Part shown: piece by piece, positions 11,380 through 21,969 of the stretch
Layout of the letters: every line of letters begins with the position of its first letter
How positions within the stretch are numbered: the stretch's first letter is position 1
From: an uncultured bacterium
GTDB lineage: Bacteria; Planctomycetota; UBA1135; GCA-002686595
DNA length: 64,000 nucleotides
Direction of reading: 5' to 3'
NCBI GenBank assembly: GCA_943787795.1
Contig: CALSNU010000004.1
Coordinates: 384,001-448,000, forward strand
Made by a program: the position numbers and the translations under genes
The notes under the pieces: generated by a model
What the model saw: only the letters and a program-made list of their open reading frames with translations
What the model was told of the DNA's origin: nothing
Database searches by the model: none

Positions 11380-12078
11380 ATGGACCACTCCAAGCGCGAC
11401 TTCATCGACTTCATGTGCTCGGCCGAGGTGCTGACCTTCGGAGACTTCGTCACGAAGAGCGGACGGAGCACGCCGTACTTCGTGAACACCGGCCGCTACA
11501 CCACGGGTGCTCAGATGGAGGCCCTCGGCGCCGCGTACGCGAGGTCGATCGTCGACCGCTTCGGTGACCGCTTCGACGTGCTCTTTGGGCCCGCCTACAA
11601 GGGCATCCCCCTCGTGGTCGCCACGGCCTCCGCGCTGGCGCGGGAGCATGGACGTGATGTCCCTCTCTGCTTCAACCGCAAGGAGGCCAAGGACCACGGG
11701 GAAGGCGGCGTGCTCGTTGGGCACCCGATGCGCGACGGGGACAGAGTCCTGATCGTCGAGGACGTGACCACCGCGGGGACGTCGATCCGCGAGACCGTCC
11801 CCATCCTGCGAGCCGCCGCGGACATCGAGCTCGCTGGCCTGATCGTCAGCGTCGACCGGATGGAGCGGGGCCAAGCGGGAGCGGGGTCCGCCCTCGCCGA
11901 GGTCGGGCGGGAGTTCGGCATGCAGGTCGAGGCCATCGTTGACCTGGACGACGTCGTCGAGCACCTGCAGCCCGGCGGCGGGGCCACCCACGAAATTGGC
12001 GCCGATGACCTCACGCGCATCGAGGCCTATCGCGCGGAATACGGCGTCCCCGGCCGGCTCACCGCTGGACCGGGTTGA
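11380..12078 (+). CDS. pyrE: Orotate phosphoribosyltransferase
   Basis: FGDFVTKSGRSTPYF, LFGPAYKGIPL, FNRKEAKDHGEGG, PRPP motif LIVEDVTTAGTS. Confidence 0.97.
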   Translation: MDHSKRDFIDFMCSAEVLTFGDFVTKSGRSTPYFVNTGRYTTGAQMEALGAAYARSIVDRFGDRFDVLFGPAYKGIPLVVATASALAREHGRDVPLCFNRKEAKDHGEGGVLVGHPMRDGDRVLIVEDVTTAGTSIRETVPILRAAADIELAGLIVSVDRMERGQAGAGSALAEVGREFGMQVEAIVDLDDVVEHLQPGGGATHEIGADDLTRIEAYRAEYGVPGRLTAGPG

Positions 12079-12090
12079 GCCCCCCCCCCA

Positions 12091-12130
12091 GGGCTAGACC
12101 GGGCTAGACCGGGCTAGACCGGGCTAGACC
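12091..12130. repeat. 10-bp tandem repeat (GGGCTAGACC) x4
   Basis: Four exact copies, preceded by a C10 run. Confidence 0.95.
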
Positions 12131-12181
12131 GAGCTGAGCGGCCCGAGGAGGGTGGAGGCGCCTGAGGCTCCGCCCTCGGCC

Positions 12182-12314
12182 CTGGCACCAGTGGGGTTCC
12201 GTGGCCCCAGTCGGGTTCAGTAGCCCCAGTCGGGTTCAGTAGCCCCAGTCGGGTTCCGTGGCCCCAGTCGGATTCAGTGGCCCCAGCGGGATGCAGTGGG
12301 CCCACTGGGGTTCC
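12182..12314. repeat. 19-bp tandem repeat (consensus GTRGCCCCAGTCGGGTTCM) x7, degenerate at both ends
   Basis: Units start at 12182, 12201, 12220, 12239, 12258, 12277 and 12296, with no spacers. Confidence 0.9.
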
Positions 12315-12315
12315 G

Positions 12316-14001
12316 TCAGCCCATCGGGACATCGACACCGCGCTCGGAAGCGCAGGCCGCCGCCTCGTCGTAGCCGGCGTCTACGTGGCGAATGACTCCC
12401 ATGCCGGGGTCCGCGGTCAGCACACGCTCGAGAGCCGCCTCGGCCTCCGGAGTTCCGTCCGCCACGGTGACCTGCCCGGCGTGCAGGCTGTAGCCCATCC
12501 CGACCCCGCCGCCGTGGTGGAAGCTCACCCAGCTCGCGCCGCAGGCCGTGTTCACCAGCGCGTTCAGGATCGCCCAGTCGGCGACCGCGTCCGTGCCGTC
12601 CTTCATCGCCTCGGTCTCGCGGTTCGGCGAGGCCACCGACCCACAGTCGAGGTGATCGCGGCCGATGACCACGGGCGCCTTGAGCTCGCCGCTGCGAACG
12701 GCGTCGTTGAAGGCCTTCCCTGCCTTCGCGCGGGCGCCGTAGCCGAGCCAACAAATCCGCGCGGGGAGCCCCTGGAAGGCCACCCGTTCCCCGGCCATCT
12801 TGATCCAGCGCGCCAGGAGCTTGTCCTCGGGGAACAGCTCCAGGAGGATCCGGTCCGTCACGGCGATGTCCTCGGGATCGCCCGAGAGCGCCACCCAGCG
12901 GAAGGGGCCCTTGCCCTCGCAGAACAGGGGCCGGATGTACTTCGGCACGAACCCCTCGAAGTCGAAGGCGTTCTCGAGCCCCGCCTCCTTGGCGAAGCCG
13001 CGCAGGTTGTTGCCGTAGTCGAAGGTGTCCGCGCCGCGCGCCTGCAGCTCGATCATGAGCTTGCAGTGCTCGACCATCGTGGCGAGCGAGCGACGCTCGT
13101 ACTCATCCGGATCCGCCGCGCGGAGCGCGTCCGCATCCTCGAGCGAGACGCCGTCGGGGACGTAGCCGTTCAGGGGGTCATGGGCGCTCGTCTGGTCGGT
13201 GAGCACGTCGGGCGTCACGTCTCGCTCGATCAGGCGTCGCAGCAGCTGCACGGCGTTGCAGGGCACGCCGATGGACTTCGCGACGCCGGCGGCCTTCCAC
13301 TCGAGGGCCTTGTCGATGGCCTCGTCGAGATCGTCAATCCGGACGTCCACGTAGCGCGTCCGGAGACGGAAGTCGATGTGCGCCGGATCCACGTCCGCGG
13401 CGAGGCAGGTGGCCTCGTTCATGGTCGCAGCGAGGGGCTGGGCGCCGCCCATGCCGCCGAGCCCGCCGGTGACCACCAGCTTCTTCGCCAGGGTCCCGCC
13501 GAAGTGCTTGTTGGCGGAGGCCGCGAAGGTCTCGTACGTGCCCTGAAGGATCCCCTGGGTGCCGATGTAAATCCACGAGCCCGCGGTCATCTGGCCGTAC
13601 ATCATCTTCCCCGCCTCCTCGAGCTTGCGGAAGTGGTCCCAGTTGGCCCAGTTCCCCACGAGGTTCGAGTTGGCGATCAGCACCCGCGGCGCGCCGGCGT
13701 GGGTGCGGAACACACCGACGGGCTTGCCGGACTGCACCAGCAGGGTCTCGTCCGCCTCGAGGCGCTGCAGGGTCCGGACGATTCCCTGGAAGCACTCCCA
13801 GTTGCGCGCCGCCTTGCCCGTCCCGCCGTAGACGACGAGCTCCTCGGGGAGCTCTGCCACCTCGGGGTCGAGGTTGTTCATGAGCATCCTCATGGCCGCC
13901 TCGGCGCCCCAGGTCTTGCAGGTACGCTCCGGCCCGCGAGGCGCGCGTTGGGGACCGGTGGGGATGTCGACGGAGGGTTGGGCCGGGGTATCGAGCGTCA
14001 T
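12316..14001 (-). CDS. hutU: Urocanate hydratase
   Basis: [84 protein letters not shown]. Confidence 0.98.
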   Translation of the reverse strand: MTLDTPAQPSVDIPTGPQRAPRGPERTCKTWGAEAAMRMLMNNLDPEVAELPEELVVYGGTGKAARNWECFQGIVRTLQRLEADETLLVQSGKPVGVFRTHAGAPRVLIANSNLVGNWANWDHFRKLEEAGKMMYGQMTAGSWIYIGTQGILQGTYETFAASANKHFGGTLAKKLVVTGGLGGMGGAQPLAATMNEATCLAADVDPAHIDFRLRTRYVDVRIDDLDEAIDKALEWKAAGVAKSIGVPCNAVQLLRRLIERDVTPDVLTDQTSAHDPLNGYVPDGVSLEDADALRAADPDEYERRSLATMVEHCKLMIELQARGADTFDYGNNLRGFAKEAGLENAFDFEGFVPKYIRPLFCEGKGPFRWVALSGDPEDIAVTDRILLELFPEDKLLARWIKMAGERVAFQGLPARICWLGYGARAKAGKAFNDAVRSGELKAPVVIGRDHLDCGSVASPNRETEAMKDGTDAVADWAILNALVNTACGASWVSFHHGGGVGMGYSLHAGQVTVADGTPEAEAALERVLTADPGMGVIRHVDAGYDEAAACASERGVDVPMG

Positions 14002-14111
14002 GATGGGCGCCAATGTAGCCCCCACCAGGGACCAGTGAAGCCGCCATGAACCGGGAATGGGGCATTCCACAATCGGTCAACGCGCGAGTTTTTTGGGGGT
14101 CGAGGCGTGAC

Positions 14112-14132
14112 TTTCTGACGATCCGTCAAAAA
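14112..14132. promoter_or_regulatory. Putative TetR operator (imperfect palindrome TTTcTGACG-atc-CGTCAaAAA)
   Basis: AT-rich inverted repeat ending 11 nt upstream of the TetR start. Confidence 0.55.
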
Positions 14133-14143
14133 ATGGCATCGCC

Positions 14144-14869
14144 ATGCTCAGCCCCAAGCAGCAAGAGATCCGTGACCGCGAGGAGCTCCTCCTCGACGTC
14201 GCCCAGCGCATGCTGCTGGAGCGAGGCTTCGAGGACCTGCGCATGGACAGGGTCGCCGAGGCCATCGGGGTGTCCAAGGGGACGGTCTATCAGCACTTCG
14301 GAAGCCGAGACGACCTGCTCGCGGCGGTCGCGGCCCGCAGCGCCGCGACCCGCGCAGCGCTCTTCGAACGGGCCCGGGACTTCGCCGGATCCCCGCGGGA
14401 ACGGATGGGGGCCGTAGAGGCCGCCGCCGAGGTGTTCTTCGCGCTCTTCCCCCATCACGAGCAAGCGGAGCGCCTCGTACGCGGAGCTCACCTCTCACCG
14501 CGGATCAGCGCAGAGCGCGTCGCGAAGCTCGAGAAGAGCACCCAGCGGTGCTTCGGGGTCGCCACGCAGATTGCCACCGAGGGCGTGGCATCCGGGGACC
14601 TCCCCCTGCGCGAAGGCCAGTCGGTGGCGCAGCTCTGCGTCGGCCTCTGGAACCTCTACCAGGGAGCCTTCCTGATGCGAGACCTCGAGAAGTTCATGTC
14701 GGACCCCGCCGTCGACGATGCCATCGGAACGCTCCAGCGCAACGCCCGGGTCTTCCTCGACGGCTTCGGCTGGCGACCCCTCTCCACCGAAGTCGACTAC
14801 ACCGCGGCCCGCGAGCGAGCTCTGGCCGAGCTCTTCGCCGTCGAGGCCGAGGCGGCTGGCCTCCGCTGA
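14144..14869 (+). CDS. TetR/AcrR-family transcriptional regulator
   Basis: N-terminal HTH LLERGFEDLRMDRVAEAIGVSKGTVYQHFGSRDDL; heads the efflux operon. Confidence 0.93.
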   Translation: MLSPKQQEIRDREELLLDVAQRMLLERGFEDLRMDRVAEAIGVSKGTVYQHFGSRDDLLAAVAARSAATRAALFERARDFAGSPRERMGAVEAAAEVFFALFPHHEQAERLVRGAHLSPRISAERVAKLEKSTQRCFGVATQIATEGVASGDLPLREGQSVAQLCVGLWNLYQGAFLMRDLEKFMSDPAVDDAIGTLQRNARVFLDGFGWRPLSTEVDYTAARERALAELFAVEAEAAGLR

Positions 14870-14887
14870 GCTCGCCACCACTCCCCC

Positions 14888-16267
14888 ATGAGAAAGATCC
14901 TCCCTACCCTCGTCGGACTCGCCGCCCTGTGCGCGGTCGGCCTGGGCCTGAATCACCTGATCGCCCAACGAGCTCAGCTCGCCATGGAGCGCCTCGGGGA
15001 ATCCGATGAGCCACGCGTCCTCCCCGTCGAGGTGGCCCAGCTGAGCTACCAGAGTTCGTTCACGAGCACACGGCACTTCACCGGCACCGTGTCGGCCAAG
15101 CGGCGCGCGGAGCTCTCGTTCGAGGGCACCGGGAGGGTCGCAGCCGTGCTCGTGGATGACGGCGACGAGGTCAGCGCGGGCGCCACCCTCGCTCGGCTCG
15201 ATATCCGGCAGCTCAGCGCGCGTCGCGCGGAGGTCGAGGCCCGGCGGGTCCGGCTCGAGGCCCAGCTGCAAGAGCTCTTAGCGGGGCCCCGGGAAGAGGT
15301 GATTGACGCAGCCAAGGCCAACGTGGATGCCCTGGCTGAGGAGCTCAAGCTCGCTGTCCGCCTCCTTGAGCGCCGAACTGAGCTCGCGGAGAAGGGGTCG
15401 GTGAGCGCCGAACAACTCGACACGGCGAGGGCCCAGGTCAGGACGATCGAGGCCCGCCTCGCAGGAGCGAGCGCGAACCTCGAAGAGCTGAACCAGGGCA
15501 CGCGGGAGGAGTCCATCGCCGCTCAGCGCGGCTCCCTCGGGGAGCTCGACGCAGCCCTCGCCGCCATGGACGTCCAGATCGGCAACATGACCCTGGTCGC
15601 CCCCTTCGCAGGCACGGTGGAGGCACGCCAGCTGGACGAGGGCGCGGTGGTCTCCCAGCAGATGCCCCGGACCGCCTTCGTCCTCACCGAGACGTCCGCC
15701 CTCGAGGCGCGCGTCGGACTCCCCGGCGCCCTTGTCCCCGGGCTCTGCGAGGATCCGGCCAGCGCGAAGCTCACCTTCGGCGGCCGCCCCATCGAGGTCA
15801 CCGGCGCGCGCGCCCTCCCAGTGGTGGACAGCGCGACCCGCACCATCAAGATCATCCTCTCGCTGGCGGAGGGCACCTCCGCGGTGCGCCCTGGCGACCT
15901 CGTCCGACTGGAGGTCTCGGTCCAGCAGCCCGAGCGCGGCGCATGGCTCTCGATCTCCGCGCTCTCCGAGAGCCAGCGCGGACTCTGGAGCGCCTTCTGG
16001 GTGGAGGAGGCTGCCGGCGGCGAGGGCATCGTCCGCCGTGCGGAGCTCGAGGTCCTCCACGTGGAGGCCGACCGAGCCTTCGTGCGCGGCACGCTTGAGC
16101 CCGGCGCCGCCGTCGTGGTGTCCGGGATCCATCGATTGACCCCGGGCCAGAGGGTCTCGAAGGTCTCGGCGGCCCCCGGGCCGGCTGAATCACTCGGCGG
16201 GTCACTCGGTGGCTCGCCCGGCGCACTCAGCGGCGACGGCGAGGAGCCCTTCGGGGCCCAAGACTGA
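14888..16267 (+). CDS. RND efflux periplasmic adaptor (membrane fusion protein)
   Basis: N-terminal anchor, lipoyl-like GRVAAVLVDDGDEVSAGATLARLD, long coiled coil, LVAPFAGTV, VVVSGIHRLTPGQRV. Confidence 0.92.
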   Translation: MRKILPTLVGLAALCAVGLGLNHLIAQRAQLAMERLGESDEPRVLPVEVAQLSYQSSFTSTRHFTGTVSAKRRAELSFEGTGRVAAVLVDDGDEVSAGATLARLDIRQLSARRAEVEARRVRLEAQLQELLAGPREEVIDAAKANVDALAEELKLAVRLLERRTELAEKGSVSAEQLDTARAQVRTIEARLAGASANLEELNQGTREESIAAQRGSLGELDAALAAMDVQIGNMTLVAPFAGTVEARQLDEGAVVSQQMPRTAFVLTETSALEARVGLPGALVPGLCEDPASAKLTFGGRPIEVTGARALPVVDSATRTIKIILSLAEGTSAVRPGDLVRLEVSVQQPERGAWLSISALSESQRGLWSAFWVEEAAGGEGIVRRAELEVLHVEADRAFVRGTLEPGAAVVVSGIHRLTPGQRVSKVSAAPGPAESLGGSLGGSPGALSGDGEEPFGAQD

Positions 16268-16279
16268 GCCTGGGATTCG

Positions 16280-19200
16280 ATGCAGCTCACCAACCTGTTC
16301 TATCGGAGCCCGCGGCTCCTCACGCTCACGCTCCTGCTCATCCTCACGGCCGGCTCATCGGCCCTGGTGTCGCTGCCCCGGGCCGAGGACCCGACCCTCT
16401 CGCAGAGGAACGCCACCGTCTTCACGGTGTTCCCAGGCGCCGACGCCGAGCGGGTCGAGGCCCTGGTCACGGAGATCATCGAGGACACCCTCGCCGAGTT
16501 CGAGGAGATCAAGGAGATCAAGTCCACCTCGCGCGCGGGCCTCTCGACCATCGCGATCGAGCTGAACGACGACGAGTACCTCGTGGATGAGGTCTGGGCC
16601 CGCATGCGCGATGACCTGGAGAGCACGAGGGGTGAGCTCCCGCTGACCTCCGGGGCGCCGGATCTCGTGGAGTTTGAGCTCGCGGCGTTCACCCTCATGG
16701 TCGGCCTCACCTGGGACGCCGACATTCCCGTCGAACGCGCCATCCTCGGGCGGTTGAGCGAGGGCGTGGCCGATCGGCTCCGCTCGGTGGCCGGCACCAG
16801 CGACGTCGAGATCCACGGCGCTCCGGACGAGGAGGTCCTCGTCGACCTCGACCCCGGGCGGGCGGCCGCCCTGGGGCTCGACGCGGCCTCCCTGGCGCTG
16901 TCCCTCCTGCGCCGTGACGCGAAGGTGGGCGCGGGCGAGGTCTCTGGAGGCGATAACGAGCTACAGATCGAGGTCTCGGGCGAATTCGAGTCGCTGGAGG
17001 CGATCCGGAACGTCATCGTCGACCGAGATCGCGAGGGCGGTTCATTCGTCCGGCTCGGTGACATCGCGCAGGTGCGTAAGGCGGAGCGACTGCCCCGCGC
17101 CACCGCTGCCCTCATCGACGGTCAGCCTGGCGTCGTCGTCGCGGCGCGCATGGAGACCGGTCGGCGTGTGGACCTCTGGTCCAAGGCCGCGCGGGCCGCG
17201 ACCGACGAGGCGATCGCCGGGCTGCCCAGCGGGGTCAAAGGCGAGGTCCTCTTCGAACAGGCGCGGTACACCGAGGAGCGCCTCGGCGGCCTCGTCAGTA
17301 ACTTCGCCATCGGCGCGGGCCTCGTGATGCTGGTGATCCTCTTCACCATGGGGTGGCGCTCCGCGATCATCGTCGGAACCGCGCTCCCCCTGACGACCCT
17401 TGTGGTCCTCCAGGGCCTGCTCCTCCTGGACATCCCACTCCACCAGATGTCGGTGACGGGGATGATCATCGCCCTCGGGCTCCTGATCGACAACGCGATC
17501 GTCGTCGTCGACGAGGTCAGGCATCGCCTGGTCGGAGGAGAGACCCGTGCCGGGGCGGTCTCCCATGCGGTGCGGCACCTCGCGATTCCGCTGCTCGGCT
17601 CCACCGTGACGACGGCCCTCGCCTTCGCCCCCATCGCCCTCATGCCCGGGGGCGCGGGCGAATTCGTGGGCCCGATCGCCGTCAGCGTGGTCTTGGCGGT
17701 CACCACCTCGTTCCTGCTCGCCCTGTCCGTCACCCCGGCCCTCGCGGCGCACCTGGACCGACTCGTGCCGAGCTCGGAGAGCGGCGGCTTCCTCGCGCGG
17801 GGCGTCTATCTCCCCCGCGTGGATCGCATCTACGGAGTCTCTCTCCGCTTCCTCCTCGGCAGGCCAAGCCTCGCCTTCGGCGTCGCCCTCCTGCCTCCGG
17901 CGCTCGGCTTCATCGCGGCGACGGCCCTGCCGGAGCAGTTCTTCCCGCCGGCCGACCGCGACCAGTTCAACGTGGAGCTCGAGCTGCACCGCAGCGCGTC
18001 CCTCGAGGTCACCGAGGAGGTCGCACTCGCGGCCCGGGAGCTGATGCTGGAGCACCCCCGCGTCGAACGCGTCCAGCTCTTCCTCGGAGGGAGCGGCCCG
18101 AAGTACTACTACAACCTCGTCGAGAACCAGCGGGACGCCCCTTACTTCGCCCAGGCGATGGTCCAGCTGGACGGCCCCAAGGACTCCATGCGTGTGGTGC
18201 GCGAGATCCAGGAGCGGCTCGACCGGGAGCTGCCTCAGGCCCGCTTCCTCGCCCGACAGATCGAGCAGGGCCCGCCCTTCGACGCTCCCGTCGAGCTGCA
18301 CCTCTATGGCCCTGATCTCACCCGGCTCCGGTCCACCGGCGAGGACCTGCGGCGGCTCCTCAGCCAGACGCCGGACGTGACCCACGCCAACTCCACTCTT
18401 CGGGGCGGGGCGCCCAAGCTCCGCCTCCAGCTAGGAGAGGAGGCCGCAAGCCTCGCGGGGACAGATAACGTCGGCGTCGCTGCCGCGCTGGAGTCCACGC
18501 TGAACGGCATCGTCGGCGGCTCGTTGATCGAGGCGAACGAGGAACTCGACGTCCGGGTGCGCCTCGCGCCGGGAGCCGACGACGGCGTTGCTCGCATCGA
18601 GGATCTCGAGCTCCCGACCCGGGCCGGCTGGACCAACCTCGCGTCCCTGGGCGAGCTCTCCCTCGTCCCGGACACCTCGTCCATCGCGCACAGGAACCGG
18701 CGCAGGGTCGTCACGACCCAGGGCTTCCTGAGAGCCGGGACCCTCCCGAGTCGCGCGCTCGACCGGTTCCTCGCGACCCCCGGGGTCGCCGACCGGGAGC
18801 TCCCGGTCGGCTTCGAGCTGGAGGTCGGCGGTGAGTCCGCCAAGCGGGACGAGGCCGTGGGCAACCTCGTGGGGTCCGCCGCGCTCCTGATGGTGCTGAT
18901 GGCCGCCTCCTTGGTCCTGACATTCAACTCGTTCCGGCTCGCCGCGGTGATCGGCGTCGTCGGCGTGTCCTCCATCGGGCTCGCCATGCTCGCGGTGGCG
19001 GTCTACGGCGCGCCCTTCGGCTTCATGACGATCGTGGGCGCCATGGGGTTGATCGGAATCGCGATCAATGACTCCATTGTGGTGCTGGCCGCCCTGCGCG
19101 AGAACCCGATGGCCCGGTCCGGTGACCTCGACGCGTCAGTTCGCGTGATCCAGCGAGCCTCCCGGCACGTGATCTCCACCTCGCTCACGACCATGGCAGG

Positions 19201-19414
19201 ATTCGCTCCGCTGATCCTGGCGGGAGGAGGCTTCTGGCCGCCCCTCGCCGTGGCCATCGCCGGCGGCGTGGCCGGCGCGACCCTCATCGCGGTCACCCTC
19301 GTGCCAGCCGCTCACCTGCTGATCGCGCGCAGCATGATCCGCGCCGAGCTCCGTGCGGAGTCGCGCCGCGCTCAGCGGCGCGCCGCCTTCGCGGCTCGCT
19401 CTTCGAGCGCTTGA
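16280..19414 (+). CDS. RND efflux permease (AcrB/AcrD/AcrF family)
   Basis: 1044 aa with RND topology; FPGADAERVEALVT, ALGLLIDNAIVV, FFPPADR, TSLTTMAGFAPL. Confidence 0.95.
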   Translation: MQLTNLFYRSPRLLTLTLLLILTAGSSALVSLPRAEDPTLSQRNATVFTVFPGADAERVEALVTEIIEDTLAEFEEIKEIKSTSRAGLSTIAIELNDDEYLVDEVWARMRDDLESTRGELPLTSGAPDLVEFELAAFTLMVGLTWDADIPVERAILGRLSEGVADRLRSVAGTSDVEIHGAPDEEVLVDLDPGRAAALGLDAASLALSLLRRDAKVGAGEVSGGDNELQIEVSGEFESLEAIRNVIVDRDREGGSFVRLGDIAQVRKAERLPRATAALIDGQPGVVVAARMETGRRVDLWSKAARAATDEAIAGLPSGVKGEVLFEQARYTEERLGGLVSNFAIGAGLVMLVILFTMGWRSAIIVGTALPLTTLVVLQGLLLLDIPLHQMSVTGMIIALGLLIDNAIVVVDEVRHRLVGGETRAGAVSHAVRHLAIPLLGSTVTTALAFAPIALMPGGAGEFVGPIAVSVVLAVTTSFLLALSVTPALAAHLDRLVPSSESGGFLARGVYLPRVDRIYGVSLRFLLGRPSLAFGVALLPPALGFIAATALPEQFFPPADRDQFNVELELHRSASLEVTEEVALAARELMLEHPRVERVQLFLGGSGPKYYYNLVENQRDAPYFAQAMVQLDGPKDSMRVVREIQERLDRELPQARFLARQIEQGPPFDAPVELHLYGPDLTRLRSTGEDLRRLLSQTPDVTHANSTLRGGAPKLRLQLGEEAASLAGTDNVGVAAALESTLNGIVGGSLIEANEELDVRVRLAPGADDGVARIEDLELPTRAGWTNLASLGELSLVPDTSSIAHRNRRRVVTTQGFLRAGTLPSRALDRFLATPGVADRELPVGFELEVGGESAKRDEAVGNLVGSAALLMVLMAASLVLTFNSFRLAAVIGVVGVSSIGLAMLAVAVYGAPFGFMTIVGAMGLIGIAINDSIVVLAALRENPMARSGDLDASVRVIQRASRHVISTSLTTMAGFAPLILAGGGFWPPLAVAIAGGVAGATLIAVTLVPAAHLLIARSMIRAELRAESRRAQRRAAFAARSSSA

Positions 19415-19417
19415 CCC

Positions 19418-21070
19418 TCAGGCGGCCAGGCGAGCGGGGAGGGGCGCGTGCTCTCCGAGCAGGAGCTCCCTGGCCTGATCGGCAGGCACCGGAGGGCTGA
19501 AGTAATACCCCTGCACCTCGTTGCACTGCAGCACCTTCAGGAAGGCCAGCTGGCTCTCGGTCTCCACGCCCTCGGCCACGACCTTCAGGTTCAAGCTGTG
19601 ACCCATCAGGATGATGGCCGTGGTGATCGCCGCGTCATTGGGGTTGCCGGTCACATCACTGATGAAGGTCCGGTCGATCTTCAACGAGTTGATCGGGAAG
19701 CTCTTGAGGTAGGCCAGGGAAGAGTAGCCCGTGCCGAAGTCGTCGATCGACACATGGACGCCTCGGCTCTGCAGCCGACCGAGGATCGCCGCCGCCGCCT
19801 TGGGGTCGTCCATCAGGAGACTCTCGGTCACCTCGAGCTCGAGGCCATCGGCCGGGAGGCCCGAGTCCTCCAGCGCGCTGGAGACCGTCTCCTCGAGGTC
19901 CGCGCTGCGGAACTGGATGCTGGAGAGGTTCACCGAGACCCGGATCGGAGCGATGCCCTGCGCCCGCCACTCGGCGTTCTGGCGGCAGGCCTCCCGAAGG
20001 ACCCACTCGCCGATCGGGACAATGAGCCCGGTCTCCTCGGCGATCGGAATGAACTGGGCCGGCGAGACCAACCCGAAGACCGGGTGCTTCCACCGAACCA
20101 GGGCCTCCATCCCGTTCATGCCCCTCGTCTCCATGTCCACCCGAGGCTGGTAGTAGACGGTGATCTCACCGTTGTGCAGGGCGCTCCGCAGGCTCGTCTC
20201 GAGCGCGAGTCGCTCGAACGCCCACCGCTCCATCGAATCGGTGAAGAACCTGATCTTGTTGCCGTCGGGCTGCTGCTCTCGTTGGGCTGCCTCGCGCGCG
20301 CGCCGGGTGATCTGGACGGGCTCGATGCCGTCGTCTGGCGAGCACGAGATCCCCACGCGGCACTCGTTGCCACGGCTCGAGGAGAGGGTGCTCTGGAGAC
20401 GCTTGCCGAGCAGCGCGGCGTCATGAATGAGATGGATCGAGGGCAGGCAGAAGACGACCGAACCGTCCTCGAACTCGCTCACGATCATTCTTGAATGGGA
20501 GAAGGCGGCCTCTCGGGCATCCTCAAGCGCCTCGGACTGCTCCTGGACAGCCAGCTGAACGAAGGCCGCGAAGTCCGAGCCCCCCCCGTCACTCTCCTGC
20601 ACGCAGAAGATCACCAGAGGCCGCTCGCGCTCCCGCGCGCGCTCGAGCTGCACACCGATGCTCGAGTGGAAGTGCTCCAGGCGGTACGACCCGAGGGTAC
20701 GAGATACCTGGTCGCCTGCTCGCGGCTCGGCCCCGCCGAGTCGCTGGACGATCAGCTCGGGAGGGGTCGACGGATGAAAGACCTCGGTGACGCCGAGTCC
20801 CAACAAGGTGGCCTCATCGAGCTCTTCTGTGACCAGCGCCACCACGGCGGTGTAGCGATCGACCATGGCCTCGATGAATCGGCCGGCGGTCATGCCCTCA
20901 GGTGCCATGGCTGGATCGACCACGATCCGGGTGAGCGCCTCGCCCGTCGTCTCGTAGGCCCCGGGGCACGCCACCAGCGCCGGCTTCAGCCCGGAGATCG
21001 TGAAGAGTCGAGCCAGGGAGCCGCGGAGGTCAGCGTCGCCGAGGGTGATGTGAACAGAGGTGGAGGCCAT
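19418..21070 (-). CDS. EAL-domain c-di-GMP phosphodiesterase with a degenerate GGDEF-like region
   Basis: YYQPRV, EALVRW, VSVNLS, LELEVTES, IDDFGTGYSSL, LKIDRTF, VAEGVET, QGYYFS; remnant RVGISCSPDDG. Start chosen at MASTSVH. Confidence 0.9.
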   Translation of the reverse strand: MASTSVHITLGDADLRGSLARLFTISGLKPALVACPGAYETTGEALTRIVVDPAMAPEGMTAGRFIEAMVDRYTAVVALVTEELDEATLLGLGVTEVFHPSTPPELIVQRLGGAEPRAGDQVSRTLGSYRLEHFHSSIGVQLERARERERPLVIFCVQESDGGGSDFAAFVQLAVQEQSEALEDAREAAFSHSRMIVSEFEDGSVVFCLPSIHLIHDAALLGKRLQSTLSSSRGNECRVGISCSPDDGIEPVQITRRAREAAQREQQPDGNKIRFFTDSMERWAFERLALETSLRSALHNGEITVYYQPRVDMETRGMNGMEALVRWKHPVFGLVSPAQFIPIAEETGLIVPIGEWVLREACRQNAEWRAQGIAPIRVSVNLSSIQFRSADLEETVSSALEDSGLPADGLELEVTESLLMDDPKAAAAILGRLQSRGVHVSIDDFGTGYSSLAYLKSFPINSLKIDRTFISDVTGNPNDAAITTAIILMGHSLNLKVVAEGVETESQLAFLKVLQCNEVQGYYFSPPVPADQARELLLGEHAPLPARLAA

Positions 21071-21264
21071 GACTGGGGGGCCGTTCGGCCCTCCGGGACC
21101 ATTCTTCGGCCAGATCCGGTCCGCTTCCTGAGCCCCTTGCGCGGGCGGGCGGCAGGATTTGCGAGCGAGCCCTACGGATCCAGGTCGATTGGAGCGCCCC
21201 ACGGCGGGCTCCCCGGCCGGCTTCTCGGCCGGCTCCTCGGGCTGCTTCCCCGCTGGCTCCCCTA

Positions 21265-21319
21265 GGGCTCCGGGCGGGCTCCGGGCGGGCTCCGGGCGGG
21301 CTCCGGGCGGGCTCCGGGC
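21265..21319. repeat. 11-bp tandem repeat (GGGCTCCGGGC) x5
   Basis: Five exact copies in the divergent intergenic region. Confidence 0.95.
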
Positions 21320-21399
21320 GGAACAACGGACTCCAGAGGCGCACCCGAAGATCGTGGAGGGGCGACTCGGCGGGCCCAGGCCCCTATCGTTGCCCGATA

Positions 21400-21969
21400 A
21401 TGAGTCACACCTCCAGACCCCGCCGGCTGTCCTCTCCCCTCGCCCTCCTCGTCCTCGCAGCGTCACTTCTCGCCTGCCGGTCCACGAGCGTGCCGTTCCG
21501 CTTCACCCCAAGCCCCCTAGAGCTCCTCGTGCAGGAGGGCTCGGACCAGCCGATCCTGGCTCGGGTCCTGGTCGGCATCCCGGGTGCCGAGAGGGTCGGA
21601 CGCGCCGCGGAGGGATATCCCGAGCTCCTGGTGAGGCTCCGGTGTGAGAACAAGGGCACCGGCCCCCTGTCCATCGACCCCGCGACCTGCACCTTGCTGG
21701 GCTCCGACCTGGCCCGCTTCGGCGACGCGCGCCCCGAGCGGCCGGGTCCGCTCGCCGTCGCGCCCGGCGAGTCGGAGGCCATCCTCCTGCGCTTCCCCTT
21801 CCCCATGGATGGCGACCTGGAGGCCCCGCTGCTCACGGGCGTCAACCTCCAGTTCCAGGTGGAGGTGGACGGCCGCGCGGTCGAGGCCAGCGTGACGATC
21901 GAGCGCGTGTTCCCCGTGGATATCGGACCCACGACGACCTTCAGCACGGGCTTCTACTACGGGATGTAG
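21400..21969 (+). CDS. Hypothetical lipoprotein
   Basis: Lipobox LLAC after a hydrophobic stretch; beta-rich body; codon usage like neighbouring genes. Confidence 0.7.
   Translation: MSHTSRPRRLSSPLALLVLAASLLACRSTSVPFRFTPSPLELLVQEGSDQPILARVLVGIPGAERVGRAAEGYPELLVRLRCENKGTGPLSIDPATCTLLGSDLARFGDARPERPGPLAVAPGESEAILLRFPFPMDGDLEAPLLTGVNLQFQVEVDGRAVEASVTIERVFPVDIGPTTTFSTGFYYGM

Noticed and set aside
12182..12314. Possible CRISPR array (weakly palindromic repeated unit)
   Set aside because: The 19-bp units are head-to-tail with no spacers, and there are no cas genes. The same applies to the 17-bp array at 36562.
14134..14148. Sigma54-like TGGCATCGCCATGC before the TetR gene
   Set aside because: The spacing is 9 nt and the motif overlaps the start codon.
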